Source: a virus. Taken from it: a DNA stretch of 64,000 nt. A program made the position numbers and the translations under genes. Where the stretch lies: positions 2,882 to 66,881 of IMG/VR virus record IMGVR_UViG_3300025853_000068. The stretch is one strand, 5' to 3'. The notes beneath the pieces are model-generated. The model was not told the DNA's origin and did no database searches. It saw only the letters and a list, made by a program, of their open reading frames with translations. The number at the start of each line of letters is the position of its first letter. Within the stretch, counting starts at the first letter, position 1. Positions 28,505-36,190 of the stretch are shown here, piece after piece.

Positions 28505-30059
28505 TTACTCGTACGTTTGAGATTACACAATCAGCAGAGATAATAGTAGATACTACGCTCACCGCGTTTTTTAAAGCAGATTTAGTTACAAGCACTGGAT
28601 CTATGATACCAGATTTAACCATGTTAATACGTTCACTAGTTATAGCGTCTCTTCCATAACCTTCATGATCTACAGACTCTTTGTCTATAAATATACCAGC
28701 GTTAGCTAATATAGTATCAAAAGGAGCTCTAATAGCTTTGAGTAGTAATTCTTCACCGACATCGTCGGTCGAAATTTTTTGAGATGCATTAAGGAGGGCA
28801 ACGCCGCCCCCTGGTACTATACCTTCTTTCAACGCAGCCTTTGTAGCATAAATCGCATCCTCGACCCTGTCTTTCTTTTCTTTAAGCTCAACTTTAGAGT
28901 TTGCCCCAACGCGGATAATTCCAACACTACCCGATAGCATAGACAATCTTTGTTCCAGCTTCTTTTTAATGAAACTATTTTTCTCATCTGCGATTTGTTT
29001 GTTTACTTGATCGATGCGTTCACCTATAGCTTCTACATCAACATCTAACGTTATAACAGTATTCTTATCATCTGTTTCTGCATAGTCAGCTTCACCAAGA
29101 TGATCTGATGACATCATTTCTAAATCATCACCTAGCTCTTCGTTAAATAGAGTAGCACCTGTCATTATGGCTAGATCTTGACAAGTGTCGTTTCTAGTAG
29201 GGCCAAATCCTGGTAAGTCAATAATATTTACTTTAATATTACCTTTTACTTTGTTCATCAATAAAGATGATTTAACTTGTTGAGATACTGGCGCTACTAT
29301 TAATAGTGATCTGTTCTGCTTGATAACATGCTCTAGTATATTCTGTATCTTACGCATGTTAGGTATCTCAGACGTGCATATCAACACTAGAGGATTATCT
29401 AACTCTGCTTTCTGCTTGTCAGTATTAGTAACAAAGTGTGGAGATGTTAGTGCGCAATCAAATTGTATACCATCTACAGTGTCTACGTAAGTTTCATCTG
29501 TGCCAGAACCTTCCATAAGCACAACACCGTCTTTACCTACAGACGTATAAGCTTCTGCTATAATCGTTCCAAGCTTTTTATCGTTGTTACAACTGATAGT
29601 AGCTACGTTGTTAAGCATGTCAGAGTCTACTTCTATTTTGATGGAGTCTAAATATTTCATGACTTTGTCTAGACCAGACTGCATACCTTGCTTTATTTCT
29701 CTAATTGTAGCTTTGTCCATAGAGTTATAGACATGTGTAAGTATTGATTCTGCTAAAACAGTGGCGGTAGTCGTACCATCACCCGCTTCACGCACTGTAT
29801 TGCTAGCAGCTTCTTTAATAAGCGTAGCTCCGATGTTTTCTACAGGGTCAAATAACACTACTGACTGCGCCACAGTAACGCCATCTTTAGTAATTACCGG
29901 GTTACCTCGCGAATCTTCGTAAATTACGCACTTACCAGACGCACCGAGTGTAGATTTTACTGCTTTTGCTAGTTTGTTTACGCCAGAAATGACGCGATTT
30001 TTAGCCTCATCGCCAAAATTAAGGTCTTTGACGATCTCGCTAGGGAGATTGTATTCCAT
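28491..30059 (-). CDS. groL: Chaperonin GroEL
   Basis: [40 protein letters not shown]; lacks GGM tail. Confidence 0.95.
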   Translation of the reverse strand: MEYNLPSEIVKDLNFGDEAKNRVISGVNKLAKAVKSTLGASGKCVIYEDSRGNPVITKDGVTVAQSVVLFDPVENIGATLIKEAASNTVREAGDGTTTATVLAESILTHVYNSMDKATIREIKQGMQSGLDKVMKYLDSIKIEVDSDMLNNVATISCNNDKKLGTIIAEAYTSVGKDGVVLMEGSGTDETYVDTVDGIQFDCALTSPHFVTNTDKQKAELDNPLVLICTSEIPNMRKIQNILEHVIKQNRSLLIVAPVSQQVKSSLLMNKVKGNIKVNIIDLPGFGPTRNDTCQDLAIMTGATLFNEELGDDLEMMSSDHLGEADYAETDDKNTVITLDVDVEAIGERIDQVNKQIADEKNSFIKKKLEQRLSMLSGSVGIIRVGANSKVELKEKKDRVEDAIYATKAALKEGIVPGGGVALLNASQKISTDDVGEELLLKAIRAPFDTILANAGIFIDKESVDHEGYGRDAITSERINMVKSGIIDPVLVTKSALKNAVSVVSTIISADCVISNVRVNESS

Positions 30060-30085
30060 TATATTAAATTAAATTAAATTACTAC

Positions 30086-30382
30086 TTATTTTTCAAAAGT
30101 TTTTACCACCTTAGGCCCTTTTGTAGCCTCTAGTTTCTTTTCAAAGTGCTCAATTGAGCCATCAATGGCTTTTTCTGCACCTTCTAAAGTTTCTCTGCGT
30201 GTAACGTCAGACCATTTTTCTGCGTCACCAGGGTGATTTACCTCTGTTTGGTAGTAACCGTTGGGTAATTGGGTAATTCTCCAGTTCTTTTTGTCTGCAA
30301 GGTGTTCCCATTGGCCCTTGGTTTTGTCGTTAATTTGTGGATTTCCGGTCCACGTACTAGTTTTGTAATACAAATACGTCAT
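30086..30382 (-). CDS. Conserved hypothetical protein
   Basis: 98 aa ORF (WRITQLPNGYYQTE...TRRETLEGAE) upstream of groEL. Confidence 0.7.
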   Translation of the reverse strand: MTYLYYKTSTWTGNPQINDKTKGQWEHLADKKNWRITQLPNGYYQTEVNHPGDAEKWSDVTRRETLEGAEKAIDGSIEHFEKKLEATKGPKVVKTFEK

Positions 30383-30430
30383 TTTGGTTTATGTATTGGT
30401 TAATAATTAGTTTACGGTAGTATAGTCACC

Positions 30431-30610
30431 TTAAATTCCCATGAATTTACCAAGCATACCGCCAAGTTTTGTTCCTTTCATCTTATCTACTGCTCCAGGA
30501 GCTATAGCCTGTGCTGCTTTACCTACTAATCCCATACCGAAAAGTTTTGTAGGTGAGCATCCTACGCCTGGTAGCTTCTTATATCTTGTTTGCTTGTTCT
30601 TTAATCCCAT
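30431..30610 (-). CDS. 59-aa basic/amphipathic late peptide (not in ORF track)
   Basis: MGLKNKQTRYKKLPGVGCSPTKLFGMGLVGKAAQAIAPGAVDKMKGTKLGGMLGKFMGI; fills the gap after 30614 ORF. Confidence 0.6.
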   Translation of the reverse strand: MGLKNKQTRYKKLPGVGCSPTKLFGMGLVGKAAQAIAPGAVDKMKGTKLGGMLGKFMGI

Positions 30611-30613
30611 AAT

Positions 30614-30805
30614 TTATTGTTTATCTCGTTCTATATTCATTTTATTTTGTGATAATCCGCTAGACGCTTGATCCATTGGATTAAACTTAGTATCTTCAGT
30701 AGGAGCGTAGTTAGGTTCTGGCATCGCTATTTTAATCTCTTCTGTCTTTTTCAAACAGCTAGATCTTTTACGCCTTTTACCATGCATTATTCTTTTAGTT
30801 CTCAT
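30614..30805 (-). CDS. Small late protein with basic N-terminus
   Basis: 63 aa, ATGA-coupled to upstream gene. Confidence 0.55.
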   Translation of the reverse strand: MRTKRIMHGKRRKRSSCLKKTEEIKIAMPEPNYAPTEDTKFNPMDQASSGLSQNKMNIERDKQ

Positions 30806-31875
30806 CGCTTTCTTCTAAATGACATTGTTCTTTTGTTGAGCACATGATTTGGATTAGCGTACTTCAACTTATTTGTAGGAGCTGGATCAGGTGCTTCAGA
30901 AGCTTCTCTTACGCCGTCTCTCCAAGAGCCTTTATCTTTTACATACGAAGCCGTCACACTTGACTTAGACCCACCTTGTAAACCTTCACCGCTACCACCT
31001 TCTTTGCCAGGCTTGTTTTTAGTCTCCCATGATTTAGCAGACACGTTTAAGCTTCCTTTTTCTCCACCGTGCACTTTCTGAGGTAGATGTTTCATTGAAT
31101 ACTCAAAGAAACTTATATTCTTACCTCTTGAATTAGTTGCGTTTTTCTTGTATTTTTCATACAACTTTCGAGCTTTCTGCACTTTCTTTTCGTCTTGCAT
31201 CCAGTCAAAGCTTGGGTTGCTTTCGCTAAACTGACTTAACAAAGTTCTGTCTTCGCTATTTGTAGTAACTGTTTCTGGATTAACGTTGAATAGTTGAGCT
31301 ACTGTTACTGGATTTCCTCCTTGAGGAGCTTCTTGCTCTCCTGCTTGTGCAGAAGCTTGATCTGGCGTTTGAAAAGCAGGGTCTGTTATTTCAATTGGAT
31401 TAGTAAATCCTTTTTCGTTACCCATGTGAGTTCCTTGATCAACGTAGAACTTACCGTCTTTTTCATATACGTCTAAGTTGTCAACTTGCTTTCCGTACAT
31501 ACTTGATAAGGTTTCTCGCTGTATGTCACTCATGTTTTCAAAATCAACCTTGTTTGCATCGTTGTAAAACCTATTAGACGCTTCTCTATTTTCTGCAATA
31601 TCTACTTGCTCTTGACCTAAGTTTTTCTTAAACTCTTCTTCGCTTCCGTAGCTAGTGTTCTGTGCATACCAATCATCCGAAAGCTTAGTGTCATCTGAAT
31701 CAAATTCAACATGTTTAGTTTTTCCTTCTACACCTGACATGTCATATATCATATCTTCTTCTTCTCCTTCTGTCTTTTTAAGAGCTGCTATGCGATCATT
31801 TACTGCGTCGTCTATCATCTTAGATAATGGTCCGCGATACATAGACATGCTTCTATTCTTTAGTCTTTTTGCCAT
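30802..31875 (-). CDS. Hypothetical protein (possible internal virion protein)
   Basis: 357 aa hydrophilic; basic leader then GPLSK motif. Confidence 0.65.
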   Translation of the reverse strand: MAKRLKNRSMSMYRGPLSKMIDDAVNDRIAALKKTEGEEEDMIYDMSGVEGKTKHVEFDSDDTKLSDDWYAQNTSYGSEEEFKKNLGQEQVDIAENREASNRFYNDANKVDFENMSDIQRETLSSMYGKQVDNLDVYEKDGKFYVDQGTHMGNEKGFTNPIEITDPAFQTPDQASAQAGEQEAPQGGNPVTVAQLFNVNPETVTTNSEDRTLLSQFSESNPSFDWMQDEKKVQKARKLYEKYKKNATNSRGKNISFFEYSMKHLPQKVHGGEKGSLNVSAKSWETKNKPGKEGGSGEGLQGGSKSSVTASYVKDKGSWRDGVREASEAPDPAPTNKLKYANPNHVLNKRTMSFRRKR

Positions 31876-31877
31876 AT

Positions 31878-32066
31878 TTATTTTTCGTTAGGAAAAGGAT
31901 TGTAAACTTTTTCTTTTAGCTTACGGTATCTTTTAGTATCAGTTTTGCCTTTAGCTTCAAGCTTTTTTAAACGCTTAATTTTTCTGAGTTGCTTGTTCTC
32001 TCTACGTACTTCCTTCTTATTGTCAGGGTCGTTGAAGAACAGAGGGCCATTCATTTTATATGTCAT
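31878..32066 (-). CDS. Small basic late protein
   Basis: MTYKMNGPLFF leader; first gene of leftward block. Confidence 0.6.
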   Translation of the reverse strand: MTYKMNGPLFFNDPDNKKEVRRENKQLRKIKRLKKLEAKGKTDTKRYRKLKEKVYNPFPNEK

Positions 32067-32104
32067 GACTATAGTATCACTTAAAAAAGTGCATTATAAA
32101 TATA

Positions 32105-32178
32105 GGGGTATAGCGTAGCCCCACCTACCCCCTCCCCCTCCTCCCTCACAAAAGCCAAATCGTTTACCCGCCCCCGCC
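32105..32178. other. C-tract/G-tract island at the strand divergence (possible genome end, packaging site or origin)
   Basis: Six C3-C5 runs in an otherwise AT-rich intergenic region. Confidence 0.4.
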
Positions 32179-32203
32179 TTCATATTTTCATTTCGTTTCG
32201 TTT

Positions 32204-32236
32204 GCAAAGCGAATACGAGCGATTTTAGATAATATA
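32204..32236 (+). promoter_or_regulatory. Early-region 33-bp motif copy 1
   Basis: GCAAAGCGAATACG-N10-GATAATATA. Confidence 0.65.
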
Positions 32237-32268
32237 TATGTATAAACAAACAAATTAAATTCTATATT

Positions 32269-32346
32269 ATGAAAACATTTTTCTCACATTTATTTCAAAA
32301 CATTCAAATTATTGGAAACGAATTAGCAAAACAAAAAAGAAAATAA
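32269..32346 (+). CDS. 25-aa early peptide
   Basis: MKTFFSHLFQNIQIIGNELAKQKRK between motif copies 1 and 2. Confidence 0.4.
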   Translation: MKTFFSHLFQNIQIIGNELAKQKRK

Positions 32347-32347
32347 T

Positions 32348-32380
32348 ACAAACTAAATACTACTTTATACAGATAATATA
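32348..32380 (+). promoter_or_regulatory. Early-region 33-bp motif copy 2
   Basis: ACAAACTAAATACT-N10-GATAATATA. Confidence 0.7.
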
Positions 32381-32423
32381 TATAACTAAAATAAATTAAA
32401 TAACTAAATTAAATTAAACTATT

Positions 32424-32648
32424 ATGAAATTAACTAAAAACAGATTTACTATTGCTAAATCACTAATCGGTCAAAATGCAATTATAACTTTCACAAACAA
32501 AAAAGGTGAAACATATACTTACGATCACGATGCAGTATATGCTGCTAATCAAGAAAAGTTTGAAACTATGAATTGCTTTCAACAATATGGAAATTACACT
32601 AACAGTAATAACTTACCAACGTTCGCAAGAGAGTTCACTGCTGAATAA
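32424..32648 (+). CDS. Early protein, paralogue of 33782-34015
   Basis: FTNKKG..Y.YDHD.VY..NQEK.ETM.CFQ.YGNYT shared with paralogue. Confidence 0.8.
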   Translation: MKLTKNRFTIAKSLIGQNAIITFTNKKGETYTYDHDAVYAANQEKFETMNCFQQYGNYTNSNNLPTFAREFTAE

Positions 32649-32651
32649 ACA

Positions 32652-32697
32652 GTGACACTTGCCTACTACTATACTCTACTTAATAACCTAATGTCAC
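32652..32697. repeat. GTGACA-N34-TGTCAC inverted box (copy A)
   Basis: Similar element in opposite orientation at 40665-40710. Confidence 0.6.
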
Positions 32698-32845
32698 ACT
32701 TTTATGATACATATAATACACGACTTAACAATACTAATAACACTCGGAGTTTTACTACAATATATTGAAACTATAATTGTAAGTGAAGAGAGTGAGCGGA
32801 ATGACTCATAAACAAATTCATTCACTAAACAAAACAACTACTTTT

Positions 32846-32878
32846 ACAAACTAAATACGTTACTAACTGGATAATATA
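32846..32878 (+). promoter_or_regulatory. Early-region 33-bp motif copy 3
   Basis: ACAAACTAAATACG-N10-GATAATATA. Confidence 0.75.
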
Positions 32879-32885
32879 TACGACT

Positions 32886-32987
32886 ATGCAAAATACAAAT
32901 AAATACTCTAAAAAAAACACGCTGATTCTACAAACAGTATTTATTACTATTCAGCTAACAGCACTAATAATAATTTCTAACTTATAA
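32886..32987 (+). CDS. 33-aa single-TM peptide
   Basis: MQNTNKYSKKNTLILQTVFITIQLTALIIISNL directly after motif copy 3. Confidence 0.45.
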   Translation: MQNTNKYSKKNTLILQTVFITIQLTALIIISNL

Positions 32988-32999
32988 AAAAATACTATT

Positions 33000-33251
33000 A
33001 TGAATAAAACTAGATTACACAAAGAATTACTTAAGCAGCAGTTAATGAACTATGACTACTCAAATACACCAGTAGATAAATCAATACTTGTCGAGTTAGA
33101 CTACAAACAAATTACTGTGTCTACTGAAGGTCCAAGTGGCTTTACTCACTGGAGAGCGTCAGGTGGTTCTATTGAAAACTTAGTAGAGTTAATGAATAAG
33201 CGAGCTGCTGAAAATCCTGACTATGATTTAATAATAGTTGATAAAGCATAA
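33000..33251 (+). CDS. Hypothetical early protein
   Basis: 83 aa ORF with A-rich leader. Confidence 0.65.
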   Translation: MNKTRLHKELLKQQLMNYDYSNTPVDKSILVELDYKQITVSTEGPSGFTHWRASGGSIENLVELMNKRAAENPDYDLIIVDKA

Positions 33252-33283
33252 CAAAATAAATACGATGCTTATTAGATAATATA
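33251..33283 (+). promoter_or_regulatory. Early-region 33-bp motif copy 4
   Basis: ACAAAATAAATACG-N10-GATAATATA. Confidence 0.75.
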
Positions 33284-33313
33284 TACGAATTTAAACTATA
33301 AAAATAATATACT

Positions 33314-33535
33314 ATGCACTTAAAAATTTCTAAATCAACTAACATTATCAAATTAAACAATAACACTTATATACCTTTTCAACTTCATCAGTTACCAGAT
33401 TACTATCAAGAAATATCTCTAACTGACCAATTCAAAGCAAAAGGCTATGTTTATATAAATAAACTTGCACTAAAATCTTACAATGTTGATACTCATACTT
33501 TAAATAAAGATTTAAACTATAGACTAAAAAGATAA
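33314..33535 (+). CDS. Hypothetical early protein
   Basis: 73 aa ORF bounded by motif copies 4 and 5. Confidence 0.6.
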   Translation: MHLKISKSTNIIKLNNNTYIPFQLHQLPDYYQEISLTDQFKAKGYVYINKLALKSYNVDTHTLNKDLNYRLKR

Positions 33536-33568
33536 ACAAAACAAATACGATTACTAATGGATAATATA
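33536..33568 (+). promoter_or_regulatory. Early-region 33-bp motif copy 5
   Basis: ACAAAACAAATACG-N10-GATAATATA. Confidence 0.75.
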
Positions 33569-33577
33569 TATAAAGAT

Positions 33578-33775
33578 ATGCAAAAAACATTACAAAAATA
33601 CAAACTACATTACTTGCACGCTAAACAATATGGCGATACAGATATACAAGTAACATATTTCAACAAGATACAAGACTTGTTAGCTCAAGAAATATACTCA
33701 GAGTTCGGTTATGATACTTGTAGTATGGTAGAAAAAGAAGAAATATTAACTAAAACTATTAACTTTTTAAATTAA
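33578..33775 (+). CDS. Hypothetical early protein
   Basis: Start moved to MQKTLQ because the track start lies inside the motif. Confidence 0.6.
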   Translation: MQKTLQKYKLHYLHAKQYGDTDIQVTYFNKIQDLLAQEIYSEFGYDTCSMVEKEEILTKTINFLN

Positions 33776-33781
33776 ATTATT

Positions 33782-34015
33782 ATGTCAAATGTACTAGAAA
33801 AAAAGAGATTTGTAATCTCAAAAGCAATGGTTGGTAAAGAACTTGTTATTCAGTTCACCAACAAAAAAGGTGATGTCATCAAGTATGACCACGATGGTGT
33901 CTATGCTCTTAATCAAGAGAAATTAGAGACAATGGAGTGTTTCCAAAAATACGGTAACTATACTTCATCGAATAATATTCCGACTTGGGCTAAAGAAGCT
34001 CAGTTAGAAGACTAG
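33782..34015 (+). CDS. Early protein, paralogue of 32424-32648
   Basis: Clear sequence similarity to 32424 ORF. Confidence 0.8.
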   Translation: MSNVLEKKRFVISKAMVGKELVIQFTNKKGDVIKYDHDGVYALNQEKLETMECFQKYGNYTSSNNIPTWAKEAQLED

Positions 34016-34073
34016 TGTAAATGGTTGAGTGTGTGCAAATCTACTCGGTGGTTCGACTCCACCTACACTTCTA
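34014..34073 (+). ncRNA. D-armless tRNA-like element 1
   Basis: AGTGTA/TACACT acceptor stem, GAGT/ACTC arm with GTGCAAA loop, T-arm GGTGG-TTCGACT-CCACC, 3' TCTA. Confidence 0.6.
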
Positions 34074-34085
34074 AAAATTACAATT

Positions 34086-34322
34086 ATGAATAAAGAAAAA
34101 ATTATAATCAAAGCACTAGATGGTGGTTGGTACAAACTAGAACTAACAGACAAGTATGGTACATACGTAGGTGTGTGCGAGCAAACGTTAGAAGACTGTA
34201 TCAAATATGCAAAACATTATTTTGCAGGTGCCGACGAGCGTAAACGTAAAAATGACTCATGGGGTGAATGTGTTAAACAACTAGTTGAGGCAGACCGCAA
34301 AGCAGGTCGCTCATGGGAATAA
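34086..34322 (+). CDS. Hypothetical early protein
   Basis: Start at MNKEKIII after tRNA-like element. Confidence 0.65.
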   Translation: MNKEKIIIKALDGGWYKLELTDKYGTYVGVCEQTLEDCIKYAKHYFAGADERKRKNDSWGECVKQLVEADRKAGRSWE

Positions 34323-34354
34323 CAAATTAAATACGATTACTAATAGATAATATA
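34322..34354 (+). promoter_or_regulatory. Early-region 33-bp motif copy 6
   Basis: ACAAATTAAATACG-N10-GATAATATA. Confidence 0.75.
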
Positions 34355-34367
34355 ATAAAATATAGAT

Positions 34368-34574
34368 ATGAAAATTACAATACAACAAATAGGTAAAACC
34401 TATATCGCTAATGATAGCGAAGAAGTAAAAGTAGTACACAATCACGACTCAATAATAAAAGTCGCAGGCGAATATTACAAGAATAAATTAACTAACGAGT
34501 GGATTAGTGAAGACGAATACTATGAATCACTCTGTCTAAAATTTGAAGAAGATGAATCAAACAAATACTATTAA
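34368..34574 (+). CDS. Hypothetical early protein
   Basis: 68 aa ORF after motif copy 6. Confidence 0.6.
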   Translation: MKITIQQIGKTYIANDSEEVKVVHNHDSIIKVAGEYYKNKLTNEWISEDEYYESLCLKFEEDESNKYY

Positions 34575-34718
34575 TCACGAAGAGTTCGACAAGTGGCTTG
34601 AAGAACTAATTGTTAAAAACGGAACTACAGAATTATGATGACTCCAATAGATTTAGCAGTGTATTTACTAATCTACTATTATTTAGTAGCACTAAAACGA
34701 CATATTTATGAAGAATAA
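34552..34718 (+). CDS. Two tiny coupled ORFs (34552-34638, 28 aa; 34635-34718, 27 aa TM peptide)
   Basis: MNQTNTINHEEFDKWLEELIVKNGTTEL and MMTPIDLAVYLLIYYYLVALKRHIYEE, ATGA-coupled. Confidence 0.35.
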
Positions 34719-35193
34719 CAAATTTATAGCAGCGGCAGTAGCAGCTACTCTCGCGCTAACCTCTTGCGAAAGCAGACAAGAGCAGTACGAGCAAGACTTG
34801 CTTGATGCTTGTAATGTCAAAATTATGAGCGATAACTACGTTAAAACTACCGCAATATCAAGTTGTACTGGTCTCGACACTAGTTTTACAGTTGATTTTG
34901 GCGTTGCTTATGTTGTAAACATAGCAAATCTACCAGGTATTGATGACGTTCGCTACGACGAGTATGAGTTTTATGCTATGCTAGATGGTAGAAAAGTAAA
35001 AGGCTTTCAAAACCTAAAAGACCAAGTGGGCAAGGTATCACAAGGTCTAATCGAAGGAAACATTAACATGCAACTTTCAGGTCACGACGACCTAGCGGTA
35101 TACTTATTACACGAAAATATGTACAAAGCGCAGTTCTTTGTAGAAAATGGTGATGGTCAACTGTTCGAGTTGCAATTAAATGAAGTTTACTAA
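34708..35193 (+). CDS. Lipoprotein
   Basis: MKNNKFIAAAVAATLALTS-C lipobox. Confidence 0.75.
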   Translation: MKNNKFIAAAVAATLALTSCESRQEQYEQDLLDACNVKIMSDNYVKTTAISSCTGLDTSFTVDFGVAYVVNIANLPGIDDVRYDEYEFYAMLDGRKVKGFQNLKDQVGKVSQGLIEGNINMQLSGHDDLAVYLLHENMYKAQFFVENGDGQLFELQLNEVY

Positions 35194-35576
35194 TGAAAAA
35201 AATAACATTATCAGTTGCATTACTACTAGGTGGTTATGTAGCTAAAAGTCAAACAACAGAATACATAGACGTTACTACTAAAAGTATATTTGGTAGAAGC
35301 GAAATGGTATTGTACAACAATATCGTTGACTATGATGATTTAGAATATCTTTACATTGGAAAGTTTAATTCTAATTATCATTGGGTGAAATATACTGGAG
35401 CTAAAGATATTATTGTAACGCTAAACGATAGTCAAGGTGACAAACGTAGAATATGTACTCAGCAAGGTCAAGACGAAGCGGAGTGTAAACAATATGATGC
35501 TTTTGGCGAACAGTATAAATTTACAGCAAAACAAAAAGTATTTCAAATATGGATTTCAAAACCAAACGTAAAATAG
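35193..35576 (+). CDS. Secreted/periplasmic protein
   Basis: MKKITLSVALLLGGYVAKS-Q signal peptide ending before Gln (Bacteroidota Q-rule). Confidence 0.7.
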   Translation: MKKITLSVALLLGGYVAKSQTTEYIDVTTKSIFGRSEMVLYNNIVDYDDLEYLYIGKFNSNYHWVKYTGAKDIIVTLNDSQGDKRRICTQQGQDEAECKQYDAFGEQYKFTAKQKVFQIWISKPNVK

Positions 35577-35581
35577 TAATT

Positions 35582-35683
35582 ATGAGAAAATTTAATCACA
35601 CAGATTTAGCAATGATAGGTGGCTTGTTAGCGATGGTAGGCATGATAGCCTTCAACCTTATCACTCAAGGCGTATCTTATTAA
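35582..35683 (+). CDS. 33-aa single-TM peptide
   Basis: MRKFNHTDLAMIGGLLAMVGMIAFNLITQGVSY. Confidence 0.5.
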   Translation: MRKFNHTDLAMIGGLLAMVGMIAFNLITQGVSY

Positions 35684-35715
35684 CAAAATAAATACGATTA
35701 CCATTGGATAATATA
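35683..35715 (+). promoter_or_regulatory. Early-region 33-bp motif copy 7
   Basis: ACAAAATAAATACG-N10-GATAATATA. Confidence 0.75.
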
Positions 35716-35747
35716 ATTGAATTTAATATGACAAAAGACTATTAACT

Positions 35748-35963
35748 ATGGCAAATTATTGTAAATGTGGTGAACCCGTACACCCAGTTAGACAAAAATA
35801 CGGGTATAAAACATGTGTGCCTTGTAGTGGCGTCGAGCGTGTAGCGTCAGCTCCAATCACTAACCACAAAACAGGTAACACAATACAAATAGTATCGCAA
35901 GCACAATCTATTGCGATAGCAAAGGCAAGTCGTCGTAAAGGTTACGGCACATGTCTTAGATAA
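35748..35963 (+). CDS. C4 zinc-finger protein (DksA/TraR-type finger)
   Basis: CKCGEPVHPVRQKYGYKTCVPC. Confidence 0.6.
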   Translation: MANYCKCGEPVHPVRQKYGYKTCVPCSGVERVASAPITNHKTGNTIQIVSQAQSIAIAKASRRKGYGTCLR

Positions 35964-35969
35964 AATATA

Positions 35970-36184
35970 GCCCAAGTACAAGGTGAACAGTAAATCTATG
36001 GTAATGTGGGAAGATGTTACTACGTAGCACTAGACGTTGAAGATGAGTACATCGGAGTTGATAGAACGTTCGTAACAACTAAACAAAAATAGAGCCTTGT
36101 CGCTACAACCGCAACCCGGCCCACCGGAAATCGGTAGCTAGCAACGTTGGTTAATTGGTGGTTCGACTCCACCCTTGGGCACAA
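35970..36184 (+). ncRNA. Large (about 215 nt) tRNA-like RNA, element 2
   Basis: 7-bp acceptor GCCCAAG/CTTGGGC + ACAA, U8-A9, CAAGG/CCTTG stem closing about 110 nt of hairpins, T-arm GGTGG-TTCGACT-CCACC. Confidence 0.7.
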
Positions 36185-36190
36185 TAATAT

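Noticed and set aside
28775-28800. ACCGAC/GTCGGT hairpin after an A-run inside groEL as a frameshift signal
   Set aside because: No in-frame XXXYYYZ heptamer and the GroEL frame is intact
8502-30059. Stop-codon reassignment as seen in some crAss-like phages
   Set aside because: All long late genes are intact under the standard code, and TAA, TAG and TGA all terminate genes in this window
30061-30082. (AATTT)n pentamer runs before several start codons (also 25443, 32390, 50194)
   Set aside because: Consistent with ordinary AT-rich Bacteroidota translation leaders rather than a distinct element
34047-36173. T-arm 17-mers as attP for a temperate lifestyle
   Set aside because: No integrase or repressor cassette recognised in the window
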